From the NCBI GenBank assembly GCA_045837725.1, contig JBEWZL010000198.1, positions 124,001 to 188,000 of the forward strand: a stretch of DNA of 64,000 nt, in the 5' to 3' direction. Every line of letters begins with the position of its first letter. Positions within the stretch are counted from its first letter, which is position 1. The notes beneath the pieces are model-generated. The model worked only from the letters and a program-made list of their open reading frames with translations. It ran no database searches and had not been told where the DNA came from. Positions 38,095-55,119 of this stretch are shown here, piece by piece. The translations under genes were made by a program, and so were the position numbers. The DNA comes from Vermamoeba vermiformis. Lineage: Eukaryota.

Positions 38095-38422
38095 GCGTAC
38101 CGCTCAAAAAGGCTAGGAACAGGACAACTAGCAATGCAGTAACTCGGGACATGTTGCTGTTGTCGATTTAAAACGAAATTGAAATAAATTCTTCGAACCG
38201 GTCCAATTCATTCGAACTGGACCGGACTTGCAATGTCCCAAATCGTGTCCCACGATGTGCCAAGCAAAACGATAAACATTTCGAACATTGCCGGTCATCA
38301 TAAAATCACTTGTCATGGATACGATTAAGCAACAAAAGGTAGATTATAATGATCATGTAAGCGAGATCTGATCTGACAGGCACATCTGAAGTCTGAAAAG
38401 GATTTAACTTACGTATTGGCCT

Positions 38423-40617
38423 TTATTTCTTGGCTTGCTTTTTGAACATCATATCCAGCGTTTGCATGCCCTTTGTAGAATTTTCCGTCTTTTGTTTCTT
38501 CTTTGGAGGCGAAGCAGTCGATTTTTTGGTAGTATACTTTTTGCCATCCGCTTTCTTCTTCACCAGAGCCAAGCACTTCTTCATGCCCTTAGCAACAGCT
38601 AATGTCTCGAAATCCGATTCTTTGACCCACTTCATCAAGGGCTTTCTATAAGGTCGTTAATATTGTCCGTAGAGTAGATCTCCCAACTGGTCACGTACTC
38701 GATGAACGCGGTCTCTTTACCATCATGTTTATACTTCAAATGCTCCACTAATATAGTCTGTTTTATATGCGAGAACAAGTGTTGCGTATCGCCAACATAG
38801 CGTCGCTCATCTGGATTTCGAAAAGTTAGCAGCTAACTTCAAAATTAGATTGAACTTACGTTGTTCGGCTATACTCAACTTTAAGCTATTTTTCATGAAG
38901 CTGAACATCTTATCTTTCCATTCTTTGTACTCTACTATTGCTTGGCTCTTCTTGCTCTTCGCGTCATCTTCATCCTCTTCTTCGTCTTCATCACCAGTCT
39001 TGCCGCCATTCGTTATTAACTCGATTGTCGGAAATTCCCAGAACGATGCCAATAAGCCCGTTGAAGGTCTTTGAACTAACAAAAACTCTTCCTCGTCTGT
39101 TCACATTGTCAGATCAAAGTAGGCAAAAAATTTCTGCGGAGAACTTACCTCCGGATCGTTGAAGAACGCAAACAGCAACAGTATCTTCGCGAGGCTTCTT
39201 TTTCTCAGATTTCATGGGGTATTTGGTCACTGCTAATGTCTTCTCGAAGTTCGTGCACAACTTGCACAGATCTTTGTCCTCGACTTTAACACCCTTGCTC
39301 GGTCCTTGGATATCAACGACTTCTTTGTGAGCCGAACAATATGGTCGTATCGGACACGAGCTGCACTGTGGTTGATGTTGTGTGCATACAGTCGCCCCTA
39401 GTTCCATCACGCTTTGATTGAAATCTCCGGGTCTACTCTCATCCACGAGCTCCCCTGACAACTTCCTAATATAGATATTACATTAAGTCACTGGTACTTC
39501 GCGTACGATTTTGCGATATCCTACGCACCATAAAAGCTTTTGAAGGTTTGTATTCTTCGCATCCACTGCGAGTCCCCTAACACGTGTCAACACTCTGATT
39601 ACGTTTCCGTCTTGTACAAGAACGTCAGAATATGCCGCTATTGATAGTAAGTGCCGAGTACTTACCAACTATAGGTGTGACTTCACCAAAGGCTATCGAG
39701 GCTACGGCACCAGCAGTGTACTTTCCAATGCCGGGCAATGTCTCGAGTTCTTTAGCCGTCTTAGGTATAACGCCGTTATGCTTCTCCACGACTGCTTTAG
39801 CGCATTGTTGGAGGAATTTAGCACGCCTATAATAGCCGAGGCCAGCCCACATTTCGTTCACTCGCTCAGGAGCTGCTTTAGCGAGATCTTCAATCGTCGG
39901 AAACTCTTTCATCCATTTAATGAAATAATTGATTACCGTTGCAACTCTAATAATTAAATTAGACCGATCACGCGAGTAATTAACTTTTTCGATCACTTAC
40001 TGTGTTTGTTGCAACATGATCTCGCTGACGAGAACAGCATAAGCGCGCTTATTCAATGTATCGTCATCCGTGCCCGTAGGAATATCATACGTTGGCTCTT
40101 CGCCTTTTTCTTTCAATTTGGCGACGAAATTAGCAGATGGCTTTCTCCACGGCATTTGTCTTTGGTTATTATCGTACCAGGCCAATAATTTCGACCGTAT
40201 CTCGGTTATTTCTTCCGCAGAAAAGTCATGATAACTGCTGGTATGTCTGTTTGGGCCTGGTAATAATAATTGGACCATTTTGAAAATTGATATTCGCTAT
40301 AAATGCGTAATTGTGCGATTATAATTGCATATTATTGTTATTAAATATTTTTATATAGCTAATGTATATTTTTGGTAGTAAATTAGCTTACCATCGTGGA
40401 TTACCACTTGATCAGAACTTTTTGTCAGGCTCGAAGTTGATTTCTCTTTCTTCAGCGTGCCGTTTTTCTTTGTTTTCTTCGGCACCTCTTCAATTTCATT
40501 CTCTTCAATCACTTCCTCGTCTTCTCCATCGGATTTTTGGACAAAATCGTCCTCACCATCCGAAACCTCATCTGAATCTACCACTCGCTTTCGCTTTTTG
40601 GTCTCTTTGCTTGTCAT
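38423..40617 (-). CDS. MUTYH: Adenine DNA glycosylase MutY homolog
   Basis: LLAWY..QMPWR, VSEIMLQQTQV, WAGLGYYRRA, HhH LPGIGKYTAGA, VDGNVIRV, PGDFNQSVMELGATVC, Fe-S C-x6-C-x2-C-x5-C, GLLASFWEFP, HLFSHI, PIP-like MQTLDMMF. Confidence 0.96.
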
Positions 40618-40693
40618 TTTACTAATATTACATAGTTGAATGAGGCAGTAAGCGAAAGAGAGACCGTTGGAAGTCACGAGACCAAGGTAAAAA

Positions 40694-40702
40694 TTTCCCG
40701 CC
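40694..40702 (+). promoter_or_regulatory. E2F-type site in the bidirectional promoter
   Basis: TTTCCCGCC matches TTTSSCGC, within the 199-bp gap between divergent ATGs at 40617 and 40817. Confidence 0.55.
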
Positions 40703-40816
40703 ATAAAGAAGCACGTGCGTTTTTAAAATTTGGTGACCGTTATTCATTAACAAGTTCTTTTTTAGGAGACCTTCTTCTCCTTCTTTTAGCATAATTTTTT
40801 CTATCCTCGAACAACT

Positions 40817-43800
40817 ATGGCGGCCGAAGTCGAAAGGTCTCAAACGATTCAGTTTGCCGATCCGTAAGTAGATTAAGATTTTAATCTTCACCAAATCTAA
40901 CGAGCCGTGGCCCTTAGCTCTCAAATAAACGAGGAATCGCAAGAATCAGTAGATGCCAAGCCACAGACAGTGTATGTATATAAATTCACGTGCCACGATA
41001 GCTCATCTCAATAATTATATTATTCAAATAGCAATTTTGACGATAATTTCCAATTAATGGAAGCTGAATATGTCGAAGAGGACGATGACAACGATAACAA
41101 AAATAATGAACCCTCTAAACCCTCATTACAACAAACAATTTCCTTCAGCCAAAACAATAATGAAAATAGCGACAACAATCAGATCGAAGAAGACGAGGAT
41201 ATTAACGAAGAGGTAAGTAATAACTCACCTATACACGGAAGTTAAATTTAAAATCACGGTTATTAGGACAAAGAAGCCGAAGAAGCTAGGATCAGAGAAG
41301 GTCAAAATAATCCGTTCAGTATTTACTACAAGAAAAAGGTACAGAATACTAATTTATTATTCCATCATATGATTATACTAATACAACGTATTCTGAAGGA
41401 TGCCGGATCTGAGAATCAAGAAGAACAAAGTGCTACTTCTGAGACCTCAACTAAGAAGTCAAATAAGCGTAAGTTGTTGCTCTTACGCCTGTCTGACGTA
41501 CAATACTAACGCTTATTAAAGGCAAACGCGAAGAGCGAGATGACGCTGAGGGTAACAGCGACGATGAGACTCTTATTTCGTTGAAGAAGCAAAAGACGTA
41601 AGTTCATAAAGCTATTGAGAAAATGTATTTCTAACGGGTTATAGTTCTCACAACAAAGAAGAGGATGATTCTGAAATTCAGATTGACGTCAGCGACGACG
41701 AAGGACGCACTGAAAAGAAAAAGAAAAGGAAGCACAAGAAGGAAAAGAAAGAGAAAAAACATAAGAAGGATAAGAAGCACAAGAAAGAGAAATCTAAAAA
41801 GAAGTCCAGATCTAAGAAACAGGACGGATCCGACGTTGTTGATGAAACATCGCAAGATCCTGAAAACTTCCTAGAGACTCTCAAGGTACGCCTTTATTAG
41901 TATATTTGCATCGTGTGATATGTTTTAACATTTCCACCAGCAATTGGGAGCCGACTCGGACGATGACGACGATCCAGAATTCGCCAAAAAGCTTGAAAAG
42001 AAGCTTGAAAACCAACGCATGCTTCCTATGGCAAAGAAAGTCCGCGCTAAGAAGTCAGAAACCGTTCTTGAAGAAGGAGACGGCGAGCCTGTTGTACAAG
42101 AAGATGATGACTGGTTCTTGAAAGACGAGGTCGGATCCGTTGTTGGTGATCTCCCTGCTCCTCCTACGATTAAGGTATGTACCTCGATCGCATCAGCTAT
42201 CCTGATATACTAAACTAAACTATTACAGCAATCTCCCAAGAAGAAGCAAAAGAGACAACACACCGCCTTAACACCTACTAGAAAGGCCGAATTCGAAAAA
42301 GACAGTGTTCAAGCACGCATGTTGCGAGGTGAGTAAAAGCTTACAACTCCTCCGATGTCGCCAAAACTAACGTCGTTCTACAGATGCTGATGTTCGCATC
42401 GAGCCAAAGAAAGCTGAACGCTTGGACGTCGCAGCCTTGTTGAAGAAAGTTAGTCAAAGAACCAAACAAATCCCTACCTTCCAGTACGTAATCATTACAA
42501 ACCACTCGTGTCCTTTTATTAATATATTGCACTAGCATGAACCAAGAGGTCCCTGATGACGAAGACATGGACCTCGAAGTCGAAGATGGACCGACTCATG
42601 ACGACAATGCTGAAGAAGTGCTCATGGAAGACTCCCGCTCTTCAAACGATCTCGCTGCTTTCGTCGCTAAGGATAGCAGCCGAGACAGCTCATCAAAGCA
42701 CGAAGCTGAATCTGATGATGATGATGCTGTCGCCTACGTTTTGCCTCCTGGAGAAGATCCCGATGCCAAGGCCATTCACGAAATTCTCAACCGTGTGCCT
42801 CAAGCTACTTTCCACGATCCGTCGATGACCCAAGGTGCTCCTACAATGTCCATCATGACCGAAAGTGTCGTCGCTCCAGTTGACACAATGACAGCCGAAC
42901 ACAGCGCCACGCAAGTCCAAGTGCCTTCTGAAGCTTCAAACGATTCAACTGAAGAACAAAAGACCGAAGAACAAAAGGCTGTGCTCAACATCCTCACGAA
43001 CTCTAACGCTGGCCCCGCGCTTCACTTGCACTACACTCAAACACAATTTGTTCACGCTAGTGACTTGCCCGCTGACAGCGAGGATAGCAGCGACAAGCCC
43101 GACGAGATCATCAGTGAAAAATCAAACGCTCCTGTTGCTGTTCCTGCTGCTGAAAAGCCTGTTGAGGAAGTTGTCAACACTAAGCCTGCTGAGCAACAAC
43201 AAGCTGTCACTGAAGCCAAAAAGGAAGAAGAAAATGAATCCGATGAGGAGAAGGAATACGACAGCGAGGCAGACGAAGATGATGCTGATGAAGACGACCT
43301 TAGCATGGTTGAGCACGGCGAAGTTGACTCGGGTGACGAAGAGAACGCTCTGTCGTTGCATCAACGCAGAATGCGCGAGGAAGAAGACGCTGAAATGCGT
43401 TACATCAGCAAGATCACCAGTGGTAAATGGCGTGAAGACCGAGAACGTAACCTCGATATCATGGACAGTGATGAAGAAGACGAGGATGATGATGAAGAAA
43501 CAAGCAGTAAGTTCTTCTCTTAAATTCTTAAAATTAATCAGATCTAACTTTTTAATCAGGACAATCTGGCGACAGCAAGGACCGCAAGACGAAAGAAACG
43601 GTAAGATAATTCCACGGTATTTCCAACGACAGTATTCTAATTCCGTTTGTTGCTAGATCCAAGAAGAACAAGAGAAAGAATCCTTACGCCGACCACGCTC
43701 TCGTTGACGAAAAAGAGCTGATCGACGACGACGAGGACGAGGCTAAGGAAGAGGAAGAAATTCAGAAGCTCAAGGAGAGAGTCCACAAGCGCAATTACTT

Positions 43801-44483
43801 GGTAAGTTTTGAACGTGCACTGCGCCGATCTTGATCTAACTTGTCCGTTCAGACTGTAAGCTTCAAGAGCAACAGCTTCCTGGAAGAAGATAAGTCCAGC
43901 CAAGGCCTACTCAAGATGATCGAGAAGAGTCAAACTCAATCTCAAAGCATGAGCTTGTCCTATTCGCAATGTAAGCTCGATCCAGCACTCCCTTTCTTCG
44001 ACTAAGAACGTACTAACGTATTGTTATAATAGCTGCGGAGGTTATGCACGAGATCGCTCAAGATTTCTTGCCTAGCGTAAGTCTTGCTTGCAACGGCTAA
44101 CTAGATTCGCTCGGGCCCTAACACTTTCTTCGACAGGAATCCAAGTCAGTACTTGCTCGCTCGAAGAAGCAACTCAATAGATTGGCCTCTTCATTCAAGC
44201 CACAAACAATGTATTCTTCTTTCATCTTCAACACCAACAGCAGAGGTTCAGGTGGCGATAGCAATGGTTCGGATGAGAACACAAATCCCAACGTCTCTCA
44301 GTCACAGGTAAATCAGCTCGTGCTGGCAACATACCGTAGGATATGATTTTAATGCTGCTTATACAGGACGGAACTGCTTCGAATAAGACTCAGAGCAGCG
44401 GATCCAAGACGAGAGCTAAATCTGTCACAAAGTCGAAGACAAGCTTCTTTAGGGTTTTGGAAGAGTCTTCGCAACAGTTCTAA
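40817..44483 (+). CDS. Large acidic, SQ/TQ-rich nuclear protein, possibly claspin/Mrc1-like; probable +1 insertion near 43588
   Basis: Many exons splice in frame; Lys-rich and acidic tracts; LHQRRMREEEDAEMRYISKITSGKWR resembles the Mrc1-like region; KSQTQSQ and VSQSQ motifs. The gene is secure, the identity tentative. Confidence 0.5.
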
Positions 44484-44708
44484 TCTCATTACCCTTGTAT
44501 TATGTACTAAACGAATTTTAACCAAAAACTTTGTGATCAAGCGAGAAAACGTCCATCTGCCAAGAACTTTCTTTTTTATCGCAAGCTCATCAGCGAACAT
44601 AACTTCCATTGTTATAAAACATTTTATTTGTTTTACAGGTGTAACAGCACTAGGCATCAGTAAGAGGATCAAGTTCCACTAATACAGGAAGATAATAAAT
44701 AATACAGA

Positions 44709-47402
<2,694 letters not shown>

Positions 47403-47599
47403 ATTATAGCACGTGTATTAAATTGGTAAATTAGTTAGTTTTAAACAGCGAAGCAAGCTTTGTACTAAAAGCACTTGAATTCAAAAGATTCTGCTTTAAG
47501 TGTTCGGCCTCATTAGTAACACCCACGAGCGTCCATAATGTTAGGTTTTCGACACGAGTAGATTCACAGGTTGTGCTCGATACAAAATAAAGTTTATGA

Positions 47600-50170
47600 C
47601 TAACAATGACACAGCTGTCTAACTTCAGCAGCAACTTGAAGCACTCGATGATCCGAGACTGTTTTAAATGTGTCTAAAAGCGAGCCGATGTCAAGCCCCA
47701 ACGCCAATTCAACTGCGATAGGGTTATTCAAGAGACAGTGGCCGAGTGAACGAAGTGCTCTGATTACTGTAAAGCAAAGTGGTGTTAATAAATCGTTCGT
47801 GGAAGGATATAGATCCGTTCAAGATCCGGATCTCACGGCGCTTTAGTGCCATTAGGTTGGTACAAATAAAATGATATAAGATATAGTATAGTATAATTGC
47901 CGAGCTGAGAAAGTACATACCAAATTCAGCTTCTTTTGTCATTTGTGAAGGCGGGTTTCGTAACACTTCGATGAGGGCAGACACGGTTTGAACAATCAAA
48001 TCTTCAAAATTTGCAGTCTTCGGGAAATAAATGCAATAATTAAATAAAACTCCAGCGCTGGGCTATAAATCGAACGTTAATTAGCAACTTATTTCCTAAA
48101 AAGGAAAAAATGGTAACTACTTACCAATTCGTAAGAGGTTGCGGTCAGATTTTCAATGAGATGATTATAAATAATATCAGTAGTCTCCTTATGCAACATA
48201 AATTCGCGGCCTTGATGTGTGATAAACAAATTCGAGCATAAAAGTAACGTCATGACGCGAACTTTTTTGTCTGCTGTCTTTTGAAGGTACCGCGAAAGAA
48301 TGCTTCTGAAGTAATTCCGCTAAATTTTAAAAATATTAATATTATTTTACTACATTTAAGTCATGTTTTTCTTACCTCGTCTAGTAACGATTGACTTGTT
48401 GAATTTTTCGTCCGTGACCAACACACGCAGCACGTTGATGAAAAGATCGCAATCATCTGCTTGCAAGTTCTCTAGTCTAGTCACTATAATAAAGATTGCA
48501 TTAGTTAATAATTTCTGTTGGAGTAAAATTTGCTGTGAAAAAATTAATGTTGTGCAGGGTTATGTTTGCGTCAATTGTTATGACTTAGTAAATACAAGAT
48601 TTTTATATCAATTATAGAATTTGTATTTAGGTCTAGGGTTTATATTAAATATATACGTATTATAATGATACGTACTTAAGAAGCTGACAGTAGGTTGCGT
48701 CAACTTGCAACTCTTCGTGTTTGCCAATTCCTGTAACTGCACGCGTAATTCTTCTAATTGGTCCTTATTTTCAGCATTACTAGGCAATGCTACTAATCGA
48801 TCGATAGTTGTCGCAGGTAATACTGCCGCTAGAAGGGGTGAATCATTCTTCTTGATCCACAAAAAATTTTCCACCAACTTATCGTGGTCTACATAAAATA
48901 CACAATTAATATTAATCAATATGAACAAATTTCAACTATTATAAGGGCCGTTTTTATCTTAGCAAGTGTCTTACCGAATGTTACGGATGGCTCTTTGACT
49001 AATTGTGACATGTCAGGCAGTTGTGTGCTGGCATTGACGGGGTTTGTAGGCGTCACTGGCACGGGTCGGTTAGGCCTGCAAATAACACAGAGGTCAACAT
49101 CAAAAACTTTTAAATGTTACACTCGTTCATTCGTATCGTGAGCACTATATTGTCGTAATAGGAGATTTTTGATATATGATTCTAATCAATTAACTTGCAA
49201 CATGTAAGCGGTGTTCGGGGCGTAAGAATCAGGCACGACGTATTGTTTGGCTTGAGACTCCATCTGTTCAATGAACGGACGAATCATTTGACCGAATGGA
49301 GTGCTGAGTACTTGACTTGGGAGATCTTTGACTTCTATATTTGGAAAGTTTAATTAATACTAGATCGATGGTAAGGCTGAAAAAGAAAGCCAGATCCAAA
49401 ATGAATAAAAATTTGCGGTGCGGATAATATGATGACCTATGTAATAACATTACTATAATTTTATAATACGTACCAGTAGGTATATCTTTTCCTAACAAGA
49501 AGTTCGAGACCTCGTTACTGAAATTATTGCAATTGTAGCTGAGAAGGCTGTAGGTTTCAACGGTGTAGTTGTGTTTGATATCACCGAGAAAGTCTTCAAA
49601 TACATCGCGGGGGATGTGAGTCACACCTAGACTATATTTATAATATTGAGTTAGTTGAAGGCACGTTGTTGATTAGAAAAAAGGTCGTGCAGATCTAGCT
49701 GGTCACGCAACCAAAATTTGTTTAATAATTATTGACTTACTCGATAACTTTTTGCGGAGTTCCGTATGGAGATGTTCCCTATTACATAAGGTTAGTACAA
49801 GAATAGCTACAGCAAAATATTATTTTGAACTCTAAAAGGCTCCGTTTTTCCGTCCGTTTGAAAATTTTAATTCCTACTTACTGGTGCTCCAATTTGAATT
49901 ACGCCTCCCCAATAATATTCTCTACCATATACAACAACGCCCGAGTGCCTATGAAATTTATTTGGATTAATTTTGAATTTTATGACAAATTTTTCGTTAA
50001 AGATCTGGCATTTGCAGGAGTTGAATAATTGTAATACAACGTGTTTATAAATATTAAATTTACCATATTCCTTCGATATATTTGCCTAGCAAAGATTGAG
50101 ACATCGATCTTGCCATTCCGTGGCTAATGTCGTACAAATACAATTTAACTGGAAATCCTCCGTCACTCAT
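47600..50170 (-). CDS. PPPDE/DeSI-type desumoylating isopeptidase with C-terminal PUL-like helical domain
   Basis: [58 protein letters not shown]-terminal [10 protein letters not shown]. Confidence 0.85.
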
Positions 50171-50361
50171 ATTTGCTTTTTAGTGCTATGAATATATACT
50201 TAGTGGATAATGAGATCTGTGTTCGATCGAGTTAGGTGCAAAAAATTGAAATGTCCAACAACTGCTTCGCATTATTTTTATTGTAAATTGCAACACCTGT
50301 ACCATATATGTATATTTAATATTTATTATAATATTTGACCTCTTCTCTTCCCAAGTCTTTG

Positions 50362-51648
50362 ATGGATTTCGTTAGCCAAGCCTTTGCTGCAGCCAAACAG
50401 GGCAATCTTGCTTTCTTCAATGTATTTATACAAAACCCTCGTATGGCTGATATGCGCGATGAGAATGACGATACTCTGATGCACGTGGCAGGTAAATCGC
50501 TATTTCCAATTTGGATTGGTTAAATTATTTCTTCCAGAAATTTTTGCTAATTAAATTAGGGCATTTTATTCGATTGTTATTTGCATGTATATTATGATTA
50601 TTGGGATAACCGTATTTAATTTCTGTATTTCGCCGTGTGATCTATTTTCAATTCAAATTTCTCGCCGAAGATTCTGCAACCTGCTTCCCTCATTGAATAA
50701 GCTGCATTAAACAAATCTTAATTAATTATATAACAGCGACATATAACCATCCAGACATAATAAGGCTTTTGCACGACAATTGTGGCTTGAGTGTAAATCT
50801 TTACGGATGTAGCTCGCGCACGCCTTTAGCTTGTGCATCTTACGAAGGTTAGTATCGATTTGGATATAATAACCATAATATATGATCAGGACATTGATAA
50901 TGCTCTTACGAATTAGGTCATCTACGGTGCATCCAAGTTCTCTTAGAACGACGGGCTAATATCTCCCTCACTGATAGTCTCGAGGAAAATGCTCTTCATA
51001 AGGTGAGATAAATTTCTTATTTAATTGTTACTGCTGTAAAAAGATGCGCGGCAAGCATCCGTGTGCATCTCCTAGATCCAGTTCGTTTTTTCGCGAATTA
51101 CTTAAAGCTAACCATACAAAAATTATATAAATAGGCAGCTACTCGCGGCCACACATCATGTTTGGCATTGTTGTTGTCATATGGAGTTCACGAGCTTGTA
51201 CTGAATGAGCAGAACGTGACGGGAGCCTCACCTCTGCACGCAGCCATGGACAATGGCCACCAAGGTATTTTTTTTAACGGATATAATCATGATATTACAT
51301 TACCATCTTAATATACACATTCAAAAGGTTCCTGTTGCTTTAATTAGATCCGTAATTAAAATTGATCCCGAAAATCGAACACAAACAATTTGAAAATTAA
51401 AGTAACAATTCTAATGATCGATCGATCTTCTAGAGTGTTGTCAATTGCTATTACAAGCTGGCGCAAATCCATCACTGGAAGATTTTTTCGGTTACAAACC
51501 AACGTTCAGAGCGAGAACGAAGCGGCCGTACGATCTGATGCGCATTAATGTCGATGTAAATACTTGGACTTTCTTTAAAGGCAGCGGTGACTTCGAGCAA
51601 ATGAAGACACAAGAAGTTGCGCCAATAAACCTTCGAAGATCGGTTTGA
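50362..51648 (+). CDS. Ankyrin-repeat protein
   Basis: TLMHVAA, TPLACASYEGHLRCIQVLL, NALHKAATRGH, SPLHAAMDNGH..LLLQAGANP. Confidence 0.85.
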
Positions 51649-51933
51649 TGGATCGGATCTCGAGAAACATCAATTCAATTGCCAGTGCGTTTCCTGTTCG
51701 TTGTTTGTCACAATGGGACGATCAGTGATCGCAAATTGTAGCACAATGGAAACGAGCTCCGAACTTTACAAAAAGCGTTAACTCACAGAACATAACTTGC
51801 GAAACTTTGTGTGATGCACCAGAAATCCGGGATCGTGCAACTGAATCAATTCAATTTAATAGCAGGTAAGCCCAAGACATTAGATTTATAAAAATTAATT
51901 TACCCGCAGGAGCGAACCCGGTCTTTCCTCGTA

Positions 51934-54900
51934 ATGCGCCCATATCTAGTGATTCTGTTGGTACTATTCGTGGCATGGAATGCAAGTGGTGATCTTATAA
52001 CAAAGCGAGCCCAATTATCATCAAAGCGTGACGGAGTTGGCGGCATCCAAGTTGCAGATCGATTCTACTTTGCTGGTGGCATGGAACTCAACGACTATAT
52101 TCCCACAAATATCGTCGAAATATACAATATAACATCGGGAGAATGGGAAGAGCCGATTTACTTGCAAGAGCCTCGTGCATTCATCTCAACAGCTGTCATC
52201 GGTCAAAATATTTATTTTATTGGCGGATATCGGCTCTCTAATTCCTGTGCAATGCTTTACAACTCTGTTTTACATCAATACGAAGACATTGGATGTGGCC
52301 CAACAGTTCGTCAAGCAATCCAAATATCGGATTACAATTCCACGTTGACAGTTCTTGGAGCGTTCTCTGCTGACTTCTACAATATCACTTCAGCGCAGTG
52401 GTACTACCGGCCAAAGCTCACAACATGGATGCAGAGCATGGGTGGTGGAGCAGTACTGGTTCACGAAAACTTGGTCGTTGGCATCGGAGGTGTCAACTCA
52501 ACGACGTTCGAACAGATCTATGACGCGTGGATTTACGACACTTATACAGATGAACTGACAGTATTCAGCAACGCCACAACAGCAGATATTGTGGTTTCAT
52601 CTTCGGACTTCTCTGTGGCTCACGGCCGTGTCGTCATCTACGTTACTGGCTGGTACTTTGTGCACGAGTTTGGTACGACAGAATGGCACGAAGGCTTTAT
52701 GCCGAATATTTCAAATGTAGCAATCCTCCCTGACGCCATATTCTTGTTCAATATAACTGGTTTCACCATTTACGACTGGAGTTCTATGGAGCCAAGATGG
52801 GTAGTTGGATACGTCATAAACACATTCGTTTTCGACAATCAAATAGTGATAGATCTAGGAAGCAGCCTGCTCGTCTATGAATCAGCACAGTTGACGACAA
52901 TTAACCTTGATTCTCTGATACGACGTGCGGTTCGTTTTGGTCAGTCAGGTGACAAGTACATGTTTTACACCAGCAGCAGTCAACTTCGTCTCTACGATTC
53001 ACAAACAAAGAGCATATCAAACTTGTCTCTAGTCGTAGTAGATGTCAGGTGGATGATCCCTTTTGACGACACAACATTGGTTCTTTTCACGACAAGCACC
53101 GCAACTATCTATTACTTGAACAACGACACGAGCATTGATCAAACAATATCTATGACTTACTCAGGGTACCTCATCGGTACTGATATAGTCAGTGTCAACG
53201 ATCAGAAAGTGTGGATCAATCTTGGCGAAACAAGAGCGTTGAACCTCACCTTATCCCGCTAAATTAATTGACAATGCTGCGATTTTTGGACAGACTGGTC
53301 AAAGTTATTTCTTCATGGACGTATTCAACCACGTGACGAGAGAATGGCAGCCAAGAATACCAATGGACTCTAACCCCTACGGCTTGTATCTACCAGTAGT
53401 CGTGATTGACGACTTGATTACCGTTGGAAAGAGACCTTGGACTTTTCGATATAATGTCACGAGCGGAGAGTCATCTACAACGATGGTGGCTTCAAATTCA
53501 TGGCCTATGGGTCGAGTAGTCAACACTGTGTCCGTTGTGAATCACACAGGTTACCTCCCAGGCACAACTTCGTCCATGATTATCTCTGTCAACTCAACGA
53601 CAGTGACTTTTTCCGATGACTTGCAGCTCAGTGGCGCACCAATACAATTCGTTACCAGCAACGACAACGTCATTTATATGACAGTATATGAAGGACATTA
53701 CTACAGCCTACACACATATGATATAGTGAATGACTTGGTGGATACACTAGTCTTGCCACAACCACAAGACTCCGTGTCAATAGCAATATTCAATGACACG
53801 TTGATTGCCTTAGGAAGCGATGGAAATGCTTATGGCTTATTACGAAGTGACAAATTAACGTGGTACAAAGTTCCGTTGCAAAGCAATTTTTTTCGGCCAA
53901 TCACGGCCATGATGAAAGACGGCACAATGATGGTAGCGGCAGGAAGACACAATATCCTTAAAACTTATACGGACGAGTTACTCTTCATCAATGCATCGGC
54001 TGTCATCGAGTTGGGCACTAAGATATCGATTAATCAACCTTTCACCGACAGAACGCCTAGTACGCCGGACGCAGCCAGCCCGAACCAACAGAGTGGATTG
54101 ACACAAGGAGAACTCGCAGCAGCAGTTGTCGTACCTGTAGTCGTTGTCATTGGAGGCCTCATAGCACTCATAGTCGTATTGCTCAAGAGAAGGCGCAGCA
54201 ACAAGAAGAAAGGCTCATCAAACACTGTTGGTCTCGAGGCACGGTTCGGAGCATGGTTCACTCCGTTCAATCAGATCACTTTCAGAGAGCAGCTCGGTCA
54301 AGGAGGATCAGGTCAAGTGTTCAAAGGCACTTGGAAGAACACAACAGTTGCACTCAAAGTGAGCATGACTCAAGCAAACACGAGTGTCATCGCTGAACTC
54401 GAACTCATGATGCAACTCAGACCTCATCCAAATGTCGTTCAGTTGCTTGGCTTCAGTGTGCATCCAGAGACAGACAGCATCATTTTGATCATCGAGTTCT
54501 GTGAAGGTGGTTCACTTGACGCCAAGCTCTATGACAAGCACCACGATGACATATCACTTCAAAATCAGCTTCAATGGCTCACGGGCATCGCCAAAGGACT
54601 CAGTCACTTGCATTCGAACAACATCGTGCACAGGGATGTTGCTGCGAGGAACATCTTGCTTGATAGAAACGAACCAAAACTGACTGACTTTGGCATGTCA
54701 CGACTCGTTGATGAACAAAAACAACACGGAACAACAAAGTCAGAACTTGGACCAATCAGATGGATGTCACCAGAGTCGTTGAAGAACAAAGAATACTCCA
54801 CAAAGTCTGGTAAGTTTGTAAAGCGAAGCTCTTATTGTGTTTCCTGTGCACACGTCAATAACCTCTTCGTTCAGACGTGTGGTCATTTGGTATTCTGAGG

Positions 54901-55119
54901 TACGAAGTGATTGCACGACAAGAGCCTCACAGCGAAGCAGATCCGATCGAGATTGGTCGACTCATCAGAGACTCAGGTTTGACACCTGTCATTCCATCGT
55001 CGTGTCCTTCTCAGCTCGCTGATGTCATGAAACAATGCTGGCAAATGTCGCCACAATCAAGACCAACTATAGAGGCCATTATTCCATCATTGGAGGCTTT
55101 ACGAATATCGCTTCAGTAG
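51934..55119 (+). CDS. Receptor kinase with Kelch-like ectodomain, copy 1; +1 insertion at 53250/53251; intron 54810-54874
   Basis: Signal peptide, FYFAGG..VEIYN..W Kelch-like repeats, one TM helix, GQGGSG/VALK/HRDVAARN/DFG/PIRWMSPE. Confidence 0.88.

Noticed and set aside
38360-38400. Apparent enrichment of GATC/AGATCT in introns and spacers
   Set aside because: An impression only; it needs a k-mer count against a composition-matched background.
41631-43656. Antisense and alternate-frame ORFs over low-complexity exons
   Set aside because: They are shadows of Glu/Asp/Lys-rich coding sequence with no independent motifs.
47803-47810. ATATCCTT on the minus strand as a second U12 donor
   Set aside because: It lies inside an ordinary GT-AG intron (about 47920-47768) whose removal already gives a continuous frame.
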